This document shows, one piece after another, positions 9,424-17,995 of a DNA stretch of 64,000 bases. The first letter of the stretch is position 1. The number at the start of each line of letters is the position of its first letter. Source of the DNA: Candidatus Cloacimonadales bacterium (GTDB lineage Bacteria > Cloacimonadota > Cloacimonadia > Cloacimonadales > JAFGVF01); contig CAXXOU010000004.1 in the NCBI GenBank assembly GCA_963677495.2, forward strand, positions 1,024,001 through 1,088,000, read 5' to 3'. The position numbers and the translations under genes are program-made. The notes under the pieces were generated by a model, which was not told the origin of the DNA, ran no database searches, and was given only the letters and a program-made list of their open reading frames with translations.

Positions 9424-10985
9424 TGAAATACTATCGCTCACATGTCCTTATCGGTATTAATGATAATGCATTAAAAGCGGGAGTGAAAGAGTTTGAAACT
9501 GCTCTCCGTAATGAAATTGCAAATAAGAATCTTCAGGATGAGATTAATCTCCTTGAAACAGGCCCTCTCGGTTTCTTCGGAAAGGGAATCTGTATTACTG
9601 TATATCCAGAGAACATTCAGTACACTAATGTTAAAGTTGAAGACATTCCTGAATTAGTTGAGAGTCATTTCCTCAAAGGTCGTCCTGTAAAAAGACTTAT
9701 GTTTGAAGAGTCTCTTAAAGGCGAAGTTAACTTCAACTATGACAACCGTATCGTACTTAAAAACTCAGGTATTATTGATCCTGAGAACATAGAAGAGTAT
9801 ATTGGAGCCGGTGGATACATGGCTCTTGAGAAAGCTCTCCTTGAGATGAAACCTAACGACGTTATTGATGTTGTAAAAGCTGCTGCCCTTCGTGGTCGTG
9901 GTGGTGCCGGTTTCCCTACAGGTCTAAAATGGAGCTTTACTGCACCTATCGAAGCTGACCAAAAATTTATTGTTGTTAATGCTGACGAAGGTGAACCGGG
10001 AACTTTCAAAGATCGTTTGATCATGGAAGGTGACCCACATATACTCCTTGAAGGTATCGCACTGGCTGCTTATGCAGTAGGCGCATCTAAAGCTTTCATC
10101 TACATTCGTGGTGAATATAAACTTTGTATTGAAAGACTCAGAAAAGCTATCCTTCAGGCAAACGAATATGGCCTCCTCGGAAACAACATTTTTGAGTCAG
10201 ATTTCAGTTTAGAGATTGACATCAAAGTGGGTGCTGGAGCTTATGTTTGCGGAGAAGAAACAGCCCTTATCGAATCACTCGAAGGTAATCGTGGACATCC
10301 ACGTTGGAAACCACCATTCCCAGGAGTTGAAGGTGTTTGGCAGAAGCCTACAGTTGTTAACAACGTAGAAACTCTTTCAAACGTTCCTTACATTGTAAAG
10401 AATGGTGCTGAAGCTTACCTTGCTCATGGACCTGCTAAGAGTTCAGGTACTAAAGTTTACACACTTATGGGTGACATTGCACGCCCAGGTCTTTGCGAAG
10501 TTGATATGGGTACTCCATTACGTACAATCATCAATGAATTTGGTGGTGGTATGAAGAAAGGTATCAAGTTCAAAGCTGCTCTCGTTGGTGGTGCTGCAGG
10601 TGTATTCTTGTCAGATCGCTTACTTGACGTAAACATGGACTTTGAAAGCTTACAAGAATATGCAGCAGTACTCGGTTCAGGTGCTATCCTTGTGATGAAC
10701 GAGAACACAGACATTGTTGATATGCTCTGGTCAGTTCTTCGTTTCTTCCGTCATGAATCATGCGGAAAATGCTCACCATGTAAACTTGGAACAGCTTTAC
10801 TTTATGACTTAATCACTAAGATTAAGAAAGGTGAAGGAACAATGGCTGATCTTGACGAAATGGTTAAGATCGCTGACATGATGCAGAAGACATCTTTCTG
10901 TGCTCTTGGTCAATCTCCGATTATGCCTATAAAGAGTGCGCTTGATAACTTCCGTTACGAATTCGAAGCAAGATTAAATAAATAG
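9423..10985 (+). CDS. NuoF-like FMN/NADH-binding hydrogenase subunit (HydB/HndC)
   Basis: LRGRGGAGFPTG, NADEGEPGTFKDR, GAGAYVCGEETAL, ESCGKCSPC...FCALG. Confidence 0.93.
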   Translation: MKYYRSHVLIGINDNALKAGVKEFETALRNEIANKNLQDEINLLETGPLGFFGKGICITVYPENIQYTNVKVEDIPELVESHFLKGRPVKRLMFEESLKGEVNFNYDNRIVLKNSGIIDPENIEEYIGAGGYMALEKALLEMKPNDVIDVVKAAALRGRGGAGFPTGLKWSFTAPIEADQKFIVVNADEGEPGTFKDRLIMEGDPHILLEGIALAAYAVGASKAFIYIRGEYKLCIERLRKAILQANEYGLLGNNIFESDFSLEIDIKVGAGAYVCGEETALIESLEGNRGHPRWKPPFPGVEGVWQKPTVVNNVETLSNVPYIVKNGAEAYLAHGPAKSSGTKVYTLMGDIARPGLCEVDMGTPLRTIINEFGGGMKKGIKFKAALVGGAAGVFLSDRLLDVNMDFESLQEYAAVLGSGAILVMNENTDIVDMLWSVLRFFRHESCGKCSPCKLGTALLYDLITKIKKGEGTMADLDEMVKIADMMQKTSFCALGQSPIMPIKSALDNFRYEFEARLNK

Positions 10986-11001
10986 ATTATGGAGGAAAAT
11001 A

Positions 11002-12783
11002 ATGGCTGATATGGTTAAAGCCTTAATTGATGGTATTGAAGTAGAAGTAGAACAGGGAACTACTATTATTGAAGCCGCTGCTAAAGCTGGTATTCATGTT
11101 CCTCAGTTATGCTACCACCCGGACTTACCACCTACAGCTAACTGTGGTGTATGTGTTGTTGAGATTGATAGATCTCCTCTTAAAAGAGCATGCTGCACAC
11201 CACTCGCAAATGGAATGGTTGTAAAAACTAATTCTAAAAAGCTTAGAGAGTATCGTAAAACTCTCGTTGAACTTATCCTTGCAAACCACGAAGTTGTATG
11301 CCCAACTTGTGAAGCAAACAACAAATGTAACTTGCAGTCACTTGCGAACAACCTTCATTGTGACATGCATAATATTCCTAACATGCAGAAGAAACGTGCT
11401 ATAGATGAAGCAAGTCCTTCTATCGTTAGAGATATGAACAAATGTATTGCTTGTGGACGTTGTGTTACTGTATGTAACGACATCCAGCAGGTTTATGCTT
11501 TAACATTCTCAGATCGTGGTTTCAAAAGCATTGTTACTACTCCATTTGATAAAGGTATGGCAGATAGCCCATGTGTTAACTGTGGTCAGTGTACTGTTTA
11601 CTGTCCTACAGGCGCACTTCGTGAAAAGAATGACATCGACCGTGTTTGGGATGCATTACTTGATCCTGAAAAACACGTTATCGTTCAAGAAGCTCCATCA
11701 ATCCGTGTTGCTCTTGCTGAAGAGTATGGAATGGAGCCTGGTCTTGCTACACCTGGTAAGATGTATGCAGCTCTTAAAGCTATCGGTTTCGATTCAGTTA
11801 TGGATACAAACTTCACAGCTGACCTTACTATCCTCGAAGAGGGTACTGAGCTTGTAAACAGAGTTAAAGAAGGTGGAAAACTTCCATTAATCACATCCTG
11901 TTCACCAGGTTGGGTTAAATTCATGGAAACTTACTATCCACATTTAGCCGGTAATGTTTCTACTGCCAAATCACCAATGTCAATGTTTGGTGCTCTTGCT
12001 AAAACTTACTATGCAGATACAAACAAAATCGATCCTGCAACTATCGTAAGTGTAGCTGTTATGCCTTGTACTGCTAAGAAATTCGAAGCTCAGCGTCCTG
12101 AACTTTCTGACTCAGGTTATCAGGATACTGACTTAGTTCTCACTACTCGTGAATTCATCAGAATGATTGACGAATGTGGTGTTGACTTCAAGAATATCGA
12201 ACCAATTCATGCTGATGAAGGTATGAGTTTCTACACTGGTGCAGGTACTATCTTTGGTGCTACAGGTGGTGTTATGGAAGCTGCTCTTCGTTCTGCTTGG
12301 AAACTTATCACAGATACAGAACTTGAGAATGTAGAGATTGCTGCAGTACGTGGTATGGAAGGAGTAAAAGAAGTTACTCTAGATATCCCTGGACTCGGAC
12401 CTGTAACATTCGCAGTTGCTCATGGTCTTGGTAATGCAAGAAAGATTATGGATAAAGTATCTAAACAGCTTGCTGAAACAGGTAAATCAGACTACACATT
12501 CATCGAAATCATGGCATGTAACGGTGGTTGTGTTGGTGGTGGTGGTCAGCCATTCGGTTCAGACATCGCTCGCCGTGCTCGTCGTGGACAAGGACTCTAT
12601 CAAGAAGATAGAGAACTTCCAAATCGTCGTTCACATGAGAACCCTGAAGTTGCTAAACTATATGCAGAGTATATTACTGACGGACCTTGCTCAGCTAAAT
12701 CACATAAGCTTCTTCATACAAATTACTTCGAACGCTCAGTTTATAGCGGTGAAGCAGTTAAAGAAGCTACACACAAACATTAA
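11002..12783 (+). CDS. hydA: [FeFe]-hydrogenase catalytic subunit (group A)
   Basis: H-cluster motifs TSCSPGW, MPCTAKKFE, EIMACNGGCVGGGGQP; N-terminal 2Fe-2S, His-ligated and 2x4Fe-4S motifs. Confidence 0.95.
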   Translation: MADMVKALIDGIEVEVEQGTTIIEAAAKAGIHVPQLCYHPDLPPTANCGVCVVEIDRSPLKRACCTPLANGMVVKTNSKKLREYRKTLVELILANHEVVCPTCEANNKCNLQSLANNLHCDMHNIPNMQKKRAIDEASPSIVRDMNKCIACGRCVTVCNDIQQVYALTFSDRGFKSIVTTPFDKGMADSPCVNCGQCTVYCPTGALREKNDIDRVWDALLDPEKHVIVQEAPSIRVALAEEYGMEPGLATPGKMYAALKAIGFDSVMDTNFTADLTILEEGTELVNRVKEGGKLPLITSCSPGWVKFMETYYPHLAGNVSTAKSPMSMFGALAKTYYADTNKIDPATIVSVAVMPCTAKKFEAQRPELSDSGYQDTDLVLTTREFIRMIDECGVDFKNIEPIHADEGMSFYTGAGTIFGATGGVMEAALRSAWKLITDTELENVEIAAVRGMEGVKEVTLDIPGLGPVTFAVAHGLGNARKIMDKVSKQLAETGKSDYTFIEIMACNGGCVGGGGQPFGSDIARRARRGQGLYQEDRELPNRRSHENPEVAKLYAEYITDGPCSAKSHKLLHTNYFERSVYSGEAVKEATHKH

Positions 12784-12803
12784 TCAATTACTGATTATAG
12801 ATG

Positions 12804-12832
12804 AAGGGCTACCCGATTGGGTAGCCCTTTTT
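12804..12832 (+). terminator. Intrinsic terminator of hydrogenase operon
   Basis: aagggctaccc-gatt-gggtagccctt plus T-run. Confidence 0.85.
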
Positions 12833-13001
12833 GTTTATAATGCCATTTTATTTCGTCAAGCGATTAGCTACTTAATAGAGACTTTCACCTTAATTAGCAA
12901 TCATTTAACTCTCCATATGTATTGTTTTAAACTTGACAAAAAAGTTTTAAACAAACTTTATATAGTTAGTAAATATATGGCATAATATTTAGGAGGAAAG
13001 A

Positions 13002-16000
13002 ATGAGGTATCTATTATTTATTGCTATTTTTGTTATTATCTCAGCTAATATTTTTGCAGATGGTACACAACCAAACGGTTTGGGAACAGAAAGCAATCCC
13101 TATCAAATTGCAACATTGGATAACCTACTCTATTTAAGTACTAACAGTTCAATGTGGGGAAGTGGAATCTTCTTTGAACAAACAGCTGATATTGATGCAT
13201 CAAGTACGAATACTTGGAATGCTGATGCAGGTTTCAGTCCTATTGGTTCTAGCACTAACAAATTTGCCGGAACTTATGATGGTGGGGGATATGAGATTAG
13301 TAATATTACAATTAACAGATCTACACAAAGTGGTGCAGGTCTCTTTGGTTACACTAATAATGCAGAGGTTTATAATACACATTTGATTAACGCCAACATC
13401 ACAGCCTTAGCTGAAGCAGGTTGCTTAATCGGAGGCAAAAGAAATACTGATGTTGAAAACTGCTCTGCAACTGGAAGCGTAATAGTAACTCATTTATCCA
13501 ACGGAAATTCATATGTCGGAGGCTTGATAGGTAGGAACGAAGTATTTGAAGATCAAACATCAAATGTTTTTAGATGCTTCTCAGATGTTGATGTTAATGG
13601 AACTGGAAAGAAATGCGGGGGGTTGATAGGTAATGTCCGTGCCGGTTGGTCGGGTTATGGTACCGGAACAATACTTATCAAAGATTGTTTTGCGATGGGA
13701 GATGTATCAGGTAATGAAGAAGTTGGGGGATTTACAGGCTATCAGGATACACCTATAGGAACAGGTAGTGTAAACATCACTAATTGCTATTCAAGCGGTA
13801 ATGTTACAGGAAATACTCTTACCGGTGGATTCATGGGTTATAACCAATCTGCTGTACTCACAGCTTGTTTTTGGGATTCGGTTAATTCAGGACAAACATC
13901 AAGTGCAGCCGGAATAGGTAAAACAACTACTGAAATGCAGACACTCTTAACTTATACAGATGCAGGTTGGGATTTTGAAATTGAAACTAATAATGGTAGT
14001 GATGATTATTGGGATATGGATTTGTCGGGATCATACAACTCAGATATCCTTACCTTGCATGGGAAGATGGTACAAATCAATCATTAACTCAACCAACTAT
14101 TACGATTGGAGATGCAACTAATATTACAGTAGATTCTGCAACAATTAATGGAACTATTAATCCTAACTTCCTTGAAACAAATGTATGGTTCGAATATGGA
14201 CTTACCACAAGCTACGGAAACCAAATTGAGATTGCATCAAATCCTGTTAATGGTAATAGTGTTATTTCTATATCATCCTATATATCTAGCCTTCAAGATT
14301 ACTCAGAATATCATTATCGAGTAAAAGCTGTGAACACATTAGGTACTTTTTATAGTGTAAACAACTCATTTACTACTGATGCTCTTTTCTCCGGATTAGG
14401 AACAGAAGCATCTCCATTTGAGATAAATGATTTCGATGATTTAGTTTTACTCTGTGAAAATGACACTTATTGGGATTCACACTTCATTCAAACAGCCGAT
14501 ATTGATGCAAGTATTACTCAATATATTGGTGGACCTGAATATACTCCAATAGGCGCATCTATTAATCCGTTTACTGGTTCATATGATGGAGATGGATATT
14601 CCATAAATTCATTGAATATTGATATAGGAACATCTTGGTACGGTGGTTTATTTGCTGTGACTTCAGGGGCTATCATTCAAAATCTGCATTTAACTGATTA
14701 TTCACTTCATGGATCTCAATCCATTGGTGGTATAATTGGATTAACTCAGTGGGAAGCAACATCCATTACAAACTGTTCAGTGGATGGAGAGATTCATGGT
14801 ACTTATTATGTAGGTGGAATTATTGGGCAGAGTTCTTCAAGCACAAATATAATAGATTGCACAGTTAATGCCATATTGTATACTATCCAATATGGGGGAG
14901 GACTTGTTGGTAAAGGAACAGCTGATGTTGACAATTGTCAATGCGATATAGAATTCCCACATGGATCTTATAATCAGTTTTCATACTTGGGGGGATTAAT
15001 TGGTTGGGCTCAGGGAGCAACAATTGATGATTCAAGTTGTAGTCTCTATGCAAACGCTCCTAATGTCTATTACATAGGGGGATTAATTGGTTGGGCAGAT
15101 ATCGGAAATATTGTTTCAAACTGTAATGCAAATGTAAACATTATCAATGCTTATGCAAGATGTGGAGGGGTTGTTGGGTATAATAATGCTTCAGGCTTTT
15201 ATAATTGCTATTCTGTTGGTTTTGTACAAGGTAGCTCCACAATCGGAGGATTTGTTGGATATAATAATGGTGGTATTTCAAACTGTTACTCCGAGTGTGA
15301 AGTAACTTCAACCCAGAATCTAGGAGGATTCGTAGGTCGAAATTATGGTTTTATATCAAACTGTTATAGTTGCGGATTGCTTCAAGGCCCCGGTTCAAAT
15401 TCTAAAGGGTTTTGCTATCTCAATGAAAACACAATAAATGACTGTTATTGGAATACTGAAACAAGTGGAATGCTTACAAGTGATGGAGGAATAGGTTTAT
15501 CTATCTCAGAAATGCGAGATATGATAACATTCACAGATGCAGGCTGGGACTTTGTAGGTGAAAGCACTAATGGTGATGAGGATATCTGGAATATTGACCC
15601 TGATTTCAACAACGGGTATCCATATCTAAATTGGCAGGAAGTTTCATATCCTCCTGATACAGGTGAAATGCTTATTTCAGAGATTTCTGATAACCTGAAT
15701 ACTGAAGATGGTTCAACAGGTTTCATTGAACTTTACAATAACTCTCCATTCTCCGTAGATATAAGTGGTTATTTGATTAGAAGAGGAAGCAATGGAGGTA
15801 CTTTTGTAACAGATGGGAATCAGTATGAAATACCTGCAAACACAATTCTATCTTCTCGAACTCGGTTGTTAATCGGTAATGGTGCTGATGAGTTAGCATT
15901 TAAAACTGCATGGGGAATAGATGATGATGTTTTCTATCTTGCAGGAGATTCAGCTCTAGATATTGCCAATGGTTATGCATATCAACTTTGGAATCCCAAT

Positions 16001-16744
16001 GTTAGAGCACAGAATATTGATGAATCTCCTAATGTGAATGCTAATGAACATATTATCCAACAGACACCGGGGGTATGGTCTGCTCCTGACTTACCTGAGA
16101 ACTCAACTCCTGGTGAAAATAGTGGAGGTCAAACCTTACCTGTTACTCTTTCAAGCTTCACAGCAGTTCAGACAGATAATGGTTCTGCAATGATAGAGTG
16201 GATAACCCAATCTGAAGCTAATACAGCCGGTTTCAATGTTCTAAGAAACACTGTGGAAGATGAACTCAGCACTGTAATGGTTAATGGAACATTGATAGCA
16301 GGTACTAACACTTCTACAGAACAACACTACTCCTTCACAGATGAAGAAGTAGAACTCGATACTGAGTATTTCTATTGGCTTGAAAGTGTTGATTTCAGTG
16401 GAACAGTAACTCATTTTGGTCCTGTATCAATCAAGATAGAATCGGAAGAACCGGGAGATGAGATACATGAGATTATCTATACAACGTCACTTAATAACTT
16501 ATATCCAAATCCTTTTAATCCTTTAACAACACTCTCATTCTCACTAAAAGGGGATAGTGATGTTCATATCTCTGTATATAATATCAGAGGTGAGAAGATA
16601 GAGGATGTAGTTCAAGCACCATTTGCGGGAGAACAGACTCATACAGTTACATGGGATGGGAAATCCCAACCAAGTGGTATGTACTTCTTCAAGATGAAAG
16701 CAGGGGATTACACGAAGACAATCAAAGCAATGATGATTAAATAA
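13002..16744 (+). pseudogene. Large secreted GLUG-repeat/FN3/lamin-tail protein with C-terminal YPNPFNP sorting-like domain, split by a 1-bp frameshift near 14043
   Basis: ORFs 13002-14087 and 14009-16744 join as ...YWDMDLSGSYNS[G]YPYLAW, matching the internal paralogous motif WNIDPDFNNGYPYLNW; repeated GGLIG/GGFVG; LPVTLSSFTA; could be a sequencing error. Confidence 0.75.
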
Positions 16745-16764
16745 TCAATTACTGATCATTATTG

Positions 16765-16790
16765 AAAGGCTACCGAAAAGGTAGCCTTTT
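16765..16790 (+). terminator. Intrinsic terminator (paralogous to 12804-12832)
   Basis: aaaggctacc-gaaa-a-ggtagcctttt. Confidence 0.8.
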
Positions 16791-16850
16791 CGCTTTGAGA
16801 GTACATCGATCCACCCTTGGTCGATAATTCTCTATCTTTAGAATGAGTCA

Positions 16851-16929
16851 AAGACCTTCTAAATGGTACTCTTGTTATCTCTTGTTTCGACCATTTGCAA
16901 GGTCTCGCAAGCTCAACCATTCCAAAGGT
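16851..16929 (-). repeat. REP-like ACCTT-N4-ATGGT doublet (RAYT-associated family)
   Basis: accatttgcaaggtctcgcaagctcaaccattccaaaggt is the near reverse complement of unit A at 24256; preceded by a half unit B. Confidence 0.8.
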
Positions 16930-17058
16930 AAACAGAATCACACAATCAAGTTAACAAGTTCATCATAACGTGGTACGGCTTCCAGTAGGTCATCATTAAT
17001 AGCTTCTGCGATAGCTCTGATTGGTAGAGAATTATCTACTCGGCTTTCCTGATATCCA

Positions 17059-17319
17059 ACGCCCCTTTAAGGCTAAAATTATGAAGAACTCTTACTTACC
17101 ACATGCCAAGGCATGTGGCTATTGAATTTACGCCCTTTCAAGGCTAAAGAAACATTATTATTACATGGCTATTTAACAAACATCATAATTAAATATTAAG
17201 AATACATCATCTTACCAAATTTGATATAAGCTCTGAAGGAGCTATCGTTTAATAGCCCCAAGCAAAGAATGAAGCTTGGGGTTAATGAATCTCTCACGTA
17301 ACTCAGCCCTATATGGCGT
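17059..17319. repeat. Inverted pair of three-hairpin REP-like units (cgccctttcaaggct family)
   Basis: 17059-17145 and 17229-17319 share one architecture in opposite orientation; a third unit lies at 41945-42030. Confidence 0.65.
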
Positions 17320-17428
17320 ATGAAATTACAAACGCACTACCAAATCCCCATAAAAGATAGTTAGTAATAATGAGTAGGAGAAATCCTGCTTAATACTAAG
17401 TCCCAAATGGGCAAAAGTAATACTTACT

Positions 17429-17890
17429 ATGAAAGTGAATTTGATGAAACCATTCCGTTCCTTTTCAGGAAAGATGGATGAACTTGTGTACTCAGCCTTT
17501 AATGATGGCTATATCTGCTTTAGTCGTGAGTATGTGATACCTGCAACTACTGAGCAGAACACTACTATGGGAAACATTGCCGAGAACCTTGGAACTGTTT
17601 ATGATAGCTTCGATTCCGGTTGGATTGATGATTTGAAAACATACACAACTTGTTATGGAAGTGATGTAGCCGGAAAGACTAAGCGTCATCCATCATTCTA
17701 TGCACTGTACATGAAGATGTGGTGGGCAGTTCACAAAGATGACCCTACTATTGACCTGAAGACTGTTACCTTTGGAGATATCCAAATTCTTGATATCGGA
17801 ATCCAAACTATTAAGGATGCAATTGATAATGGTTTTCTGCCTGAAGTCAGCAAGTATAATGACCTAACCAATTCATACAATGGTTCTTAA
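17429..17890 (+). CDS. Hypothetical protein, 'MKVNL' family paralog 1
   Basis: Aligns end-to-end by eye with 46940-47359; followed by hairpin gctcccttcggggagc. Confidence 0.75.
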   Translation: MKVNLMKPFRSFSGKMDELVYSAFNDGYICFSREYVIPATTEQNTTMGNIAENLGTVYDSFDSGWIDDLKTYTTCYGSDVAGKTKRHPSFYALYMKMWWAVHKDDPTIDLKTVTFGDIQILDIGIQTIKDAIDNGFLPEVSKYNDLTNSYNGS

Positions 17891-17931
17891 TCGTCTACGC
17901 TCCCTTCGGGGAGCATTTACTTTTATCTTGC

Positions 17932-17960
17932 AAAAAAGCTCCCACTGAAATGGGAGCTTT
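17932..17960 (-). terminator. Intrinsic terminator of rnr (likely bidirectional)
   Basis: aaaaaagctccca-ctgaaa-tgggagcttt. Confidence 0.75.
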
Positions 17961-17995
17961 AATCTATTGATAATGCTTTAAACACTAACTATTCT

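Noticed and set aside
5375..12907. Recurring CAAnnAnTTA motif (5375, 7643, 7794, 8303, 12898)
   Set aside because: Too short and AT-rich to distinguish from chance, and two hits belong to element X
9228..12985. Antisense and alternate-frame ORFs within hydrogenase genes (similarly in secA, alaS, lpx)
   Set aside because: Shadows of strongly biased codon usage, with no recognisable motifs
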